From: an uncultured Gemmatimonadaceae bacterium
GTDB lineage: Bacteria > Gemmatimonadota > Gemmatimonadetes > Gemmatimonadales > Gemmatimonadaceae
Assembly: GCA_963817955.1 (NCBI GenBank)
Contig: CAWFQK010000003.1
Coordinates: 210,200 to 274,199 of the forward strand
DNA length: 64,000 bases
Direction: 5' to 3'
A program made the translations under genes and the position numbers. Positions 38,100-47,335 of this stretch are shown here, piece after piece (the first letter of the stretch is position 1; each line of letters starts with the position of its first letter). Below the pieces are notes generated by a model that did not search any database, was not told the origin of the DNA, and worked only from the letters and a program-made list of their open reading frames with translations.

Positions 38100-41000
38100 T
38101 CAGCGCCGGACGGCGCGCCCCGGAAGCTCTACCAGCAAGTCCGAAAGCGCGACAGTGCTTCCCGTAGCTCGCCCGCCAAGCCACAATTGCGCGGGCGTTG
38201 CCATTTCATCGCCAAGAAACTTGAGTGAAGAACGCCAGCGCACCTGACCATCCACTGAGAACGTCACGACTTGGTCGCCTCCGATCGTGATCTCGACCGT
38301 GTGGCTGTCGGCTGGACGGAACAGAGATACGGGCTCCGACGAAGTCTGCTGGCCCACCGAGTACATGAGAACGCCAGCCGCGCCGTCCCAGCTCACTGCG
38401 GCCATGGGCGCAAATCGCGGCGCCGCCCGATCGATCGCCGTCACATCGGCCAGCGGCACGAGTGCCATTGTTGCCGTGGCCGCCGACGGACGCCCGCTGA
38501 ATGGCGCAAACAGACGGGCGCGCACGTGCAGTCCGGAACGCAACTCGAGGCCTGGACGCAAGAGAACGCCGCTTTCCCATTCCATGTCGCCGTTCGGATA
38601 GACCGCCCGCTTCGCCGAGCCGGCGATGACGCCCACGTACGGGAGTGGTGCGCCGAGCGGCAGCCACTGCGCACTCACGGTGCTGCCTATGAATTCATCG
38701 GTGATGTGAAGCCGCTCCGTCGATGTCACCGCGAGCGTGAGTGTGTCGGCGCGCCAACCAGGAAGCAATGCGACGACACGAACGTTGCCTACGGCGCGCC
38801 CGACGACTTTCAATCCGGCGGTGTTTCCCGTCCCCGGCGCCGAGTCGCTCAATGCAATTATGCCTGGGTCGAGCACCTTCCAGTCAGCAATCGTTCCGCT
38901 GACGAGCGCTCCCGCAACGGAAACGGTGAATGCGGTCAGCCGCACCGTATCTCCCACGCCGAGCGCTGCGCTGCCGAGGACCCGGACGCGGTCGATGTAC
39001 ACGCGCGCGGCCCCATCCCACCGTGCGATGCCGAACTGCCGGCCCGGCGGCGTGACACGGCGGGGTGATCCACCGAGCGTCGGCCGAACGTAGATCCCCA
39101 GATCGCCATCTCGCACCGACTGGAATGCGAGCATGCGGCCATCGGGCGAGAACACCGCACCATCGTCGCCATTCCGATCGGAGACGGGCCACAGTCGCGC
39201 ATTGTCGAAATCGTATACGTAAAGACGCGGTCCGCCATTCCGTGTGCTCGTGAACACGAGCATCGAACCATCCGGCGACCAATTGATGTTGTAGTCATCA
39301 GCTGGATTAGCACTCAGGTTTCGTTGCTCCGAACCATCCGGTCTGCTGACGAACACGTCGCGCTGCCTCCCGGAGGTGGAGCGGGCCACCCACGCCACCC
39401 ATAAACCTGTCGGCGACCAGCGTGCTTCCGTCACGGTACGCGATGCAGACGTGTCGATTGGAACGAGCACATTGCGTTGGTCAATCGACGCGCGAAACAG
39501 ATCGGTGTCGAAGCTCCCGTCGTCGAGCGTGCGCGACCGGGACACCAGCAGCGACCTGCTGTCCGGCGACCAGGCGAGTGCCGTATTGTCTCCGGGGCCT
39601 GCCGCTATGATCAGTGTGTCATGCCGATCGGCGGACAAGACATACACCTCCCGTCCGCGAGTGGTAACCCGCTCGAGCGCGACGCGTTGGCGATCGGGAG
39701 CGACGATTGGTGCGAGCCAGGGTGCGCCGAGCGAATCAATCCATTGCAGCCCGGCGGCGTTCGTCGGAATCGGGACGAGCACACTGGCTCCCCGAAGCGC
39801 CCCAACGTCGGCGCGCAACTGATTCTGTCCGCGCGCGTCGCGCTCCGACACGATCAAGGTATCAGCCACGCTGCCCGCGGCCATTCGCGTGGTGACGGCG
39901 CGGCGAAAAGCCATACCGGCGAGGAACACGACGATCGAAATCGCGATTGCGCGAGCCCATTGCGCCCGAGTGGCCCTTTTCCGGACGGCGAAGGGAATGT
40001 GCGCGGTGGCGGACGTCGACGGCTCCGCTGTCTGCGCTGGCAAGTCGAGTGGCTCGACCACAACGTCAGGTTCGCTCGCCTCGACGGTCTCGACCGCCGG
40101 CGCCGCAGCCGCCTCCTCAGGCGACGGCAGGGCGAGTCGGCCGCCTCCAAACGCGACCAGCAGAGCGTCAATGTCCTGGCGTGCCGCGGCGTTCGGCGCA
40201 AAGGTCAGCGCGATGCCGAGTAGGCGCACGACCTCTGGAGAAGCTCCCATTGATGCCGCGGTGAACGCAGCCTTTCGTGCATGCGCGAACGCCTCGCGCG
40301 ATCTGCCGGCAACAGCGTAGAGCGCCGCGAGCTCAGAGTCGGTGCAATCCGGCTCTGCCGCGAGGGCATCCCCTGCCCACCCTGCGAGCAATGCTCGTCC
40401 CGCCAGTCCGCTGCCGTCCACGAGAAAAGACGTCGTCGAGTCGTGCGACACGACGTAACCATCGGATATCGCGCGCAGCAGTCCGACGCGCGTCAGGTCC
40501 TCCACGGCGTCAAAGGTCGCGCTCTCCGGAAGATGCGCCGCGGCAGCGAGCAAACGCAGCGAGGCGGTACGCTCAAAGAGAGACGCAGCAAAAAACACGC
40601 GTCGCTGTGAAGGCGACGCGCCTTGAAGTCGCGCCCACAACATGTCGCGCATCGATGCAGGAAGATCACTGGCTCCCTGACCAGCCGCCGCGCGCCGCGC
40701 CAGCTCGATGGCCGTGACCGGAACGCCCCGCGAAGCGTGGGCAATCCGCTCGACGTCAACCGCCGTGCGCGTTGCCTCTGGAAGCTGCTCGCGCACGAGC
40801 GTCGTCGTCTCGTCATGGGACAGCGGACCAAGCTCGATCCGGGTGTCGGGGCTCTGTTCATCGACCGTCGCCAGCTCGCGCAACCGTTCGATGGTTTGCT
40901 GTGCGCTTCGATCGGGACTGTAGGCGACGACAAATAGAATGGGCGAGTCGTGCAGACGGTGCGACAGATACGTCAACAGGTCGAGCGTCGAGCTGGATGC

Positions 41001-42263
41001 ATGCTGAGCGTCGTCGAGTAGCACGCAGAGCGGACGTTCGTACGCGGCGGCGTCGGTCAGCGCAGCGATGCCCTCGAAGAAGCGAATACGTCCGGCCTCG
41101 TCCTCCACTGCCGGCGCGTTCGGCAAATCGAACGAGTCTCGGAGCTCCGGCAGGAGCCGCGCGGCCTCCGCGAGCAAGTGCCGGCTTGCACCAGATATCC
41201 CCGACGCACGCACCAAGGGCCGGAGTGCTTCAGCGATGCTTGCATAGGGAAGGGCGCCCCCGGTCGTGGCCTCGTGGCCGCGAAGGACCTGCACTCCGCC
41301 AAGGCTGCGCACCCGATCGGCAAATTCGTCGAATAGGCGCGACTTGCCCATGCCCGGATCGCCCTCTACGAGAACCGTAGCTCCCTTTTCGGATCGCAGG
41401 CGCGTGAGCCGCGCGAGCATGCGTGAGATTTCGGATTCCCGTCCCACGAACGTGGCGACCTTGCGACCGTTGGCGGCGACTTCCGCCTGGGCGCGTGGCG
41501 TGTCTTTAGGGTTCCGCCGCTCGAGCCGCTCGATGATGGCGCGGATATTCGACGGAACCGGAAGGTCCAGCTCTTCCTTCAGGCGGGCCGCGTAGGCCTT
41601 GGCAGCTGCGAGCGCGTTGGCATGGCGTCCCGCAGTGACGAGCGTATTGACCTGAAAGACGGCCGCTTCCCCGTCGAATGGCGCCATGGTCGTGAGCCGC
41701 TCGGCGAGCTGGATGGCGTCGCGAATCCGGCCCGAAGCGACTGCCTGTTCACCGGCCGCAAGGAGGGCTTCCTCGAAATGCGACCGAAGACGCACTCGCT
41801 CGGCGTCTGCCCAGCGGTCGAAAGCCGACTCTCCCACCTCAAACGCCTCGAGGAATTCGCCGCCGTATGCGGCGATGGCGTCGTCCCACCGCCCGTCCTC
41901 GAACGCAGCAACAAAGACGTCGCGATCGGTGGCAAGTCCACAGTTTGGTGCAATGGCGACGTCGTCACGGTGTTGCGGGAGCACCTCGTCGCCCAATGCG
42001 GTGCGCAGGCGGTGGAGAGACTGGCGGAAGGCGTTGCGTGCCTTTTCTTCCGGGATCTCGCCCCAGAGAATGCTGATCAGCTCGTCGCGCCGGGATCGGC
42101 CGCGTACCGCGATGTATGCCAGCATTGCCAGAGACTTGCCTGGACCGAGTCCGGGCAGCGCCCGTCCGTCCTGCGCGGCGATGGCGGGCGAGCCGAGAAG
42201 CCGCAAGGAGTAGCGGGGTGGCTCGTTGGATGGTGGGTCTTGCGGCTGGATTGGCGGCGTCAC
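38100..42263 (-). CDS. Transmembrane SARP/BTAD-STAND regulator with extracytoplasmic TolB-like beta-propeller, Ig-like and ConA/lectin-like domains
   Basis: LRLLG...LLAY-like...RDEL..LW...ARNAFRQSLHRLR (wHTH), FDRWADAER (BTAD), FVGRESE, Walker A GDPGMGKS, Walker B LLDDAQH, SRGVP, TM AIAISIVVFLAGMAF, WSPD/FSPDG repeats. Confidence 0.85.
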   Translation of the reverse strand: MTPPIQPQDPPSNEPPRYSLRLLGSPAIAAQDGRALPGLGPGKSLAMLAYIAVRGRSRRDELISILWGEIPEEKARNAFRQSLHRLRTALGDEVLPQHRDDVAIAPNCGLATDRDVFVAAFEDGRWDDAIAAYGGEFLEAFEVGESAFDRWADAERVRLRSHFEEALLAAGEQAVASGRIRDAIQLAERLTTMAPFDGEAAVFQVNTLVTAGRHANALAAAKAYAARLKEELDLPVPSNIRAIIERLERRNPKDTPRAQAEVAANGRKVATFVGRESEISRMLARLTRLRSEKGATVLVEGDPGMGKSRLFDEFADRVRSLGGVQVLRGHEATTGGALPYASIAEALRPLVRASGISGASRHLLAEAARLLPELRDSFDLPNAPAVEDEAGRIRFFEGIAALTDAAAYERPLCVLLDDAQHASSSTLDLLTYLSHRLHDSPILFVVAYSPDRSAQQTIERLRELATVDEQSPDTRIELGPLSHDETTTLVREQLPEATRTAVDVERIAHASRGVPVTAIELARRAAAGQGASDLPASMRDMLWARLQGASPSQRRVFFAASLFERTASLRLLAAAAHLPESATFDAVEDLTRVGLLRAISDGYVVSHDSTTSFLVDGSGLAGRALLAGWAGDALAAEPDCTDSELAALYAVAGRSREAFAHARKAAFTAASMGASPEVVRLLGIALTFAPNAAARQDIDALLVAFGGGRLALPSPEEAAAAPAVETVEASEPDVVVEPLDLPAQTAEPSTSATAHIPFAVRKRATRAQWARAIAISIVVFLAGMAFRRAVTTRMAAGSVADTLIVSERDARGQNQLRADVGALRGASVLVPIPTNAAGLQWIDSLGAPWLAPIVAPDRQRVALERVTTRGREVYVLSADRHDTLIIAAGPGDNTALAWSPDSRSLLVSRSRTLDDGSFDTDLFRASIDQRNVLVPIDTSASRTVTEARWSPTGLWVAWVARSTSGRQRDVFVSRPDGSEQRNLSANPADDYNINWSPDGSMLVFTSTRNGGPRLYVYDFDNARLWPVSDRNGDDGAVFSPDGRMLAFQSVRDGDLGIYVRPTLGGSPRRVTPPGRQFGIARWDGAARVYIDRVRVLGSAALGVGDTVRLTAFTVSVAGALVSGTIADWKVLDPGIIALSDSAPGTGNTAGLKVVGRAVGNVRVVALLPGWRADTLTLAVTSTERLHITDEFIGSTVSAQWLPLGAPLPYVGVIAGSAKRAVYPNGDMEWESGVLLRPGLELRSGLHVRARLFAPFSGRPSAATATMALVPLADVTAIDRAAPRFAPMAAVSWDGAAGVLMYSVGQQTSSEPVSLFRPADSHTVEITIGGDQVVTFSVDGQVRWRSSLKFLGDEMATPAQLWLGGRATGSTVALSDLLVELPGRAVRR

Positions 42264-42325
42264 GCGTCAGTTGATGAAGACTAGACGTAAAGTCGTAAAC
42301 GAAACCACAACAGCATCTTGCGAGG

Positions 42326-42380
42326 CCGTAACACGCGAAAGGACAGGAGTAACGGCCAGCTAACGGTCGGGGGCGATAAT
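42326..42380 (+). promoter_or_regulatory. GTAAC-box promoter module (copy 2)
   Basis: GTAAC 42328, GTAAC 42349 (+21), CTAAC 42360 (+11), 8 bp after the heptamer, then GATAAT at 42375. Confidence 0.65.
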
Positions 42381-42474
42381 ACCAGCGTATGCAGCAAACT
42401 GAAGCACGTACAGCAGGGGTGGACGGCAGATTCGGATGGCCCAAGTCTATGGTTTAGACGGCTATTTGCCACCT

Positions 42475-42529
42475 CCGTAACACGGCAGCCGTGAGCAGTA
42501 ACGGCGGCGTAACCCTGCACTCGTATGTT
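42475..42529 (+). promoter_or_regulatory. GTAAC-box promoter module (copy 3) upstream of pilin 5
   Basis: GTAAC 42477, 42498 (+21), 42509 (+11), 8 bp after the heptamer, then TATGTT at 42524. Confidence 0.7.
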
Positions 42530-42573
42530 CGTCTTTGTTGGATGGCAGTACTGAACAGTGACTGGGAAGGAAG

Positions 42574-43163
42574 ATGAACCTTCGACGCAGAAGCACGAGA
42601 CGGAAGACCGGATTTACCCTGCCGGAAATCATCGTCACCATCTCGCTGATCGCGGCACTCGCGGCGGTTGTGGTGCCGACGGTGATCAGTCAGGTGAAGA
42701 AGGGAGATCCATCTCGTATCGGGAATGATTTCCTCGCCGTGCGCGGCGCGTCGGAGCAGTTCCTGACCGACATACGGAAATACCCGAGTTCGATGTATCA
42801 ACTCACGAACGTCATCACGACGTCGCAAACGGGGCTCGTGGGTACGTCGATCGCGAACTATGGGCAGGCCGAAGTGAACCGCTGGCGCGGGCCGTATCTG
42901 AATAAGGACAGCGCGGCCGCACGCATCACCGGCTACGGGCTGACAGATGAACATCAACTTCGATACGGTGTCGCTGGCTTCGAGCGGCGCTGCGAGCGCG
43001 GCGGGACAGAAGTATATGGTCATTGCGATTCCGATGACCGACTCGCTCTGCTGCTCTCGAGGTGGACCGCCAGTTCGACGACGGCGTGTTACTGACCGGT
43101 GCAATCCGGTATTTGAAAGGGGCGACAGACACGCTGAAATTTTTATTGATGCCTATTTACTGA
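42574..43163 (+). pseudogene. Type IV pilin 5, interrupted by two +1 frameshifts (real or assembly error)
   Basis: KTG|FTLPEIIVTISLIAALAAVVVP, WRGPYL; removing one base near 42944 and one near 43050 restores ...LEVDRQFDDGVLLTGAIRYLKGATDTLKFLLMPIY*. Confidence 0.8.
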
Positions 43164-43242
43164 GCCGATTGCGGCTCTGATGGACTTTTCGATTCCCCGC
43201 AGCAGGCAGTTCGTTCCCTACTCGACCCTTAGGAGAAGACAG

Positions 43243-43834
43243 ATGAAGAAGAACGTTCGTCGCGGCTTTACGCTGCCTGAGATCTTGGTGACGGTGACGG
43301 TAGTGGCGGTGCTCGCCGCCGTGGTCGTGCCGGCGGTGACGCAGTATGTGAGCAAGGGCGACGTCGCCAGCGACCCTGTCGGACATCCAGCAGGTACGCA
43401 ATGCGATTACGGCCTATATTGCGGATACACGTGTTAATCCCCACGTACTTTTACGATCTGACGTCGACCAGTAATGGCGTCACGGGGTACAAGGGTTCGT
43501 ATCTGGCCGCCACGCTTACTGGGGTAACTGGGGCGGGCACGTTCACGAGCGCGGGACTCGGAATCAAATTTGGTCCGAGTCTGGACGCTGATTAATACCA
43601 CCGGGGTACTTGACTACTTCGCTCAAGTTCCCGGATAACACTAAGTGCTCAGTTCTCTTCGCCCTGGACCAGGCGATTGATGGCGCCGGTGGCGTCACCT
43701 CCTCGGCGACGTCAGGGACCACGGCAACCACCGGTTCCCTCGTCTGGAGTGCCACCAATACCTGTAACACCAATCCAAACGGCACGATAACCGGCACTGA
43801 TGTCACGCTCAAACTTGTGGCGATCGGAACCTGA
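43243..43834 (+). pseudogene. Type IV pilin 6 (probable major pilin), interrupted by four +1 frameshifts (real or assembly error)
   Basis: RBS AGGAG, MKKNVRRG|FTLPEILV; single-base removals near 43369, 43440, 43583 and 43604 give one 195-aa pilin with a C-terminal Cys pair. Confidence 0.8.
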
Positions 43835-43850
43835 TCTGAGGCGCGCGATG

Positions 43851-43897
43851 TAAACGAGAGGGGCGAGCGTATGATGTACGCTCGCCCCTCTCGTTTA
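43851..43897. terminator. Bidirectional terminator between the pilin operon and the assembly operon
   Basis: Perfect 21-bp stem TAAACGAGAGGGGCGAGCGTA-TGATG-TACGCTCGCCCCTCTCGTTTA. Confidence 0.88.
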
Positions 43898-43908
43898 ACC
43901 TCACCGGA

Positions 43909-45616
43909 CTACTTGCCAATAATGATATGTCCAATCGCCATGATCCGTATTGGAAGGTGCTGACGCTCCAACTCAGGTTTTGTGACTACATGCACCGAGA
44001 CATGTCGCGCTTTCATTGAGTCCACGAAGTTCCGCGGCAGCTGGTCCGCATTGAAGATCTTCGGCACGTCGCGCAAGAACGGATCGTTTCGCAGTAGCTG
44101 GCGTCCCCACATCACCTGATCTGACGGAAATACGACGGCGTCTGCCCGCAGCGACGCCATCCACTCGTAGCCGCGCCGGTACGGTCCAACGATGCGCTCG
44201 ACGCCATTTGCGCGCAGCGGGATCTGCGCCACGATCGTGATACCGACCGAGGCCAACACCAGTCTGGCGGCACGACGCCAGCCAACCGCGCGCGCCAGCA
44301 ACTCGGCGCCGATAGCGGCCAACAACGCCAGGTTGCCGAGCCCATCATACATGTATCTGTAGCCCCAACCCTCGCCTTGCAAAGGGCTAAGAAAGGTCCG
44401 TGCGATTACGATGAATAGCAGTGACGCAGCAGCATCGCGTGAAAACGTGTCGAGCCGCCGCCACCGGATTATCGCCGCCACAGCGAGAATCGTCACGATC
44501 AATCCATTCCAGCTCGGGAATAAGTGCGAGGTCCATGGCTGAAGTCAAACGGACTTCGGCAGCCGGGATCGAAAACAGGTGAGCCGCGACGCCGGCCGTC
44601 GCGCTGGGAGACGCAAAGGTCGATGAACCTGGCGACGAGAGTCCCTGCATGTACCCATACCAGTACGAAAGCCCCAACAGGTACACGGCAGCGACGTATC
44701 CGAACACCGCGAACCGCTTGTCGCGCAAATACCGCAGGATAAAGACCGCCGCAAACAGACCATGCGGAAACGGACTGTGGACGCCAAGCGCAATCACGCC
44801 GACCCATGGCAGCAATAGCAGGCTGGTGCGCCGGTTGTCGACGTACAACCAGAGCCAGACGAGCGACACGAGCAGGTGTGTCGGCATCGAGAAGAAGGTC
44901 ATCGACATGAACATGACCTGCGTCGATGTCGCGAAGAACAGCGCCGCCAAGTAGGCGCGCGCCGGCCGATCGGGCCACACCTTTCTCGCGATCGATGCCA
45001 CGAGGCAAAGCGATAGTGCCGCAATGACGGGTCCACCGAGCCGTCCAACGCCAGCGGCAATGAACGGCGCGTTGATGAGCGAGTGGAGCGGCAAGAAGCC
45101 CAATCGCCAGGTACAATCGGCTCCGGCAACGATCGACGTCGGCGTCAATGCGTTGATGTAAGGGCACCACGCTGCGGGAACCGTCGCAAAGGCGCGCCCC
45201 CGCGCGAATATCTGCGCTTGAAACCATGCCGAATACTCGTCATCGGCCAGCAGGTATCCGTGAAACACGAGCCGGATGCCCGCGTACACGACAACCAGCA
45301 ACGCGAGGGCGAGCAGGGCGATTCGCCACTGCTTGAATTCCCACTGTGGCACATCTCGCGGTATGTCGCTGTCGCCCGCTGCGGTCCTCAGAGTGAGCAG
45401 CACCACGGCGGCAAAGGCCGCGACCAACAGCAATGCGGGCGCCTCTATCTTCACATACTGCTCAAAGAAGAGGCTGTACATCGTGTATTGCACGTTGTCG
45501 ACGACAGGGATGGCGAGAAGCCCTGCGCCTATAATGCCGAGCGTGCCGAAGCATGCCAGTCGAATAGCCGCGCGAGCAGACGGAACGTCCATCTGATCGC
45601 TGATTGGGACGGGCAT
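43909..45616 (-). pseudogene. GT-C fold (ArnT/PMT-like) polytopic glycosyltransferase, split by one +1 frameshift at about 44517
   Basis: LADDEYSAWFQAQIF (DE motif in an N-terminal extracytoplasmic loop), many TM helices, C-terminal GWGYRY; removing one G of GGG 44516-18 joins ORFs 44387-45616 and 43909-44502. Confidence 0.7.
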
Positions 45617-45647
45617 GTCTGGTCCTCCGGCGAGTGGATACGCGGCG

Positions 45648-46175
45648 CTACGGTTTCACGCGCGCATTGACGATCAATTCCGCCACCCCGCGCCCAACGC
45701 CGAACCGCTTCATGATCGCGTCCGCCGAGAGCGAGTCCACATTCACCGGCAATTGATAGAACACCACTGCCGGCACGCTTGGCACCTTGCTCGCCGAGTT
45801 GGTGCTCTGGAGCGTGAGGTTCGCCACCGACAACACGGACTGTATGGCTTGGGACACGGGAACGTCGATCAGATGCAGCCGCACTTTCTTGTTCACGTCA
45901 GGCGAGTAAATGAGACTGATCCCCGCCTTGCTCGCCAGGAAGTCGAGGATTGGGCGCACGTCCACTTCGGCGCCATGGGTATCCAGCTCGACTCGCGCTT
46001 CCGTCGTCGTATCCACCGCTAGCCCTGCAGATGGGCTGGTCGACGGTCGTGATATAGGCGGAGGTGTCACCTGCTGATGCGGAACCGGCGGCGGTGCCAC
46101 CTCTACTTTCATCGTCGGCTGATGGTGGCATGCGGCCAGGGTCAACACGCCAAGGGTCATTCCCACTCGGTTCAT
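45648..46175 (-). CDS. Lipoprotein with stand-alone secretin/TonB N-terminal (STN/N0)-like domain
   Basis: Lipobox LAAC, Pro-rich linker, DVRPILDFLA..AGISLIYSPDV.KKVRLHL.DVP..QAI. Confidence 0.7.
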   Translation of the reverse strand: MNRVGMTLGVLTLAACHHQPTMKVEVAPPPVPHQQVTPPPISRPSTSPSAGLAVDTTTEARVELDTHGAEVDVRPILDFLASKAGISLIYSPDVNKKVRLHLIDVPVSQAIQSVLSVANLTLQSTNSASKVPSVPAVVFYQLPVNVDSLSADAIMKRFGVGRGVAELIVNARVKP

Positions 46176-47335
46176 GGCGCGAGTCTCCGGAGCCCGGCAA
46201 TGTGATGCTTCACGTCGTCGATGTTCTCCTGCGCGTACTTACCGGGTGCCAGGTCCACGAATAATTGGTACTCGCGAATGGCAGCGCGGATCTCACGCTG
46301 GGTCTGCAGGTACTTTCCGTACTCGTAGTGAACGTTCGCGTCCTTGGGCGCAATCTTTACCGCGTCTTCGTAAATGCGCCGCGCGCTGGCCGTGTCGTTG
46401 ATCGCCTGGTACTCGGCCGCGAGCCGAACTTTCGCTGCGACGCTCGACGGATCGAGCTGTGTGGCACGCGCGTATGCCGACATCGCCTCCACGTGATGAC
46501 CGATCACGTTGTACGCGTCGCCCAGATTCACCCACGCATCAATGTTGCGATCGTCGCGCTTGATGGCTTGCAGGAACATCTGCGTGGCGGCGATCTGATT
46601 GCCGCGTTGCGAGAGCAATGCGCCGTAGTCGTTGAATGCCTCTGCCGACGCCTGCGGCAGCGCGATCACCTTTTCATACAGCTCTTGCGCCCGATCGAGA
46701 TTGTTGCGCATGTGCTCCGCGTACGCCTGACGAAATAGCGAATCCGCGGGACGGGTGCCGTTCGGATCCACGATGACGTGAACGCCGCCCCCGCCGCCAG
46801 CCGCCGTACCTTGCGGCTGCACTATCGGAGCAGTCGCTGGCGGTGACGCGAGTGGTGCGGCCGTCCGAGTCGGCGTATCGACCTGGCGAGCTGATGAATC
46901 CTTCACGCCGCTCGTTTTCGGCGACGCCGCCGCTTGCTGATGAGTATCGACCGCCGCCGGCTTCTTCGACGCGCCTCCCGGCAGGTCGGGCTTGGCGCGG
47001 GGTGGTACCTGCGCAACAAAAGATGTCTTTGGCGCTACGGCCACCGGCGCGGCCGGTTTCTTCGTGACGGGCAACGGGACGACTGCAGCGAGCACCGGCG
47101 ACGGTATCGCCGTGCGCGTCGGCGCATTCGTGCGCCTGTGTAGCATGGTGGCGCCGCCAACAACGAGCACGACTACTGCCAACCCGCCAATGACGAGCAG
47201 CGGGCTTAACCGACGGCCTTTCCCACGTAGCGGGAATGGAAAGAACGCGTCGCCGGCCTCGCCTCCATCCCGTCGCCCCGATCGCTCGCTTCGCTCGCGT
47301 TGCGCTTCCTTCAACGCCTCGTTGATCAGGCTCAT
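46172..47335 (-). CDS. MshN-like TPR protein
   Basis: MSLINEALK N-terminus (MshN/GspB-like), one TM helix, Pro/Ala linker, several TPRs. Confidence 0.75.
   Translation of the reverse strand: MSLINEALKEAQRERSERSGRRDGGEAGDAFFPFPLRGKGRRLSPLLVIGGLAVVVLVVGGATMLHRRTNAPTRTAIPSPVLAAVVPLPVTKKPAAPVAVAPKTSFVAQVPPRAKPDLPGGASKKPAAVDTHQQAAASPKTSGVKDSSARQVDTPTRTAAPLASPPATAPIVQPQGTAAGGGGGVHVIVDPNGTRPADSLFRQAYAEHMRNNLDRAQELYEKVIALPQASAEAFNDYGALLSQRGNQIAATQMFLQAIKRDDRNIDAWVNLGDAYNVIGHHVEAMSAYARATQLDPSSVAAKVRLAAEYQAINDTASARRIYEDAVKIAPKDANVHYEYGKYLQTQREIRAAIREYQLFVDLAPGKYAQENIDDVKHHIAGLRRLAP

Noticed and set aside
31789..43834. Diversity-generating retroelement, shufflon or Neisseria-type pilS cassettes
   Set aside because: No reverse transcriptase or recombinase, no near-identical template/variable repeat pair, and every pilin keeps its own N-terminal signal.
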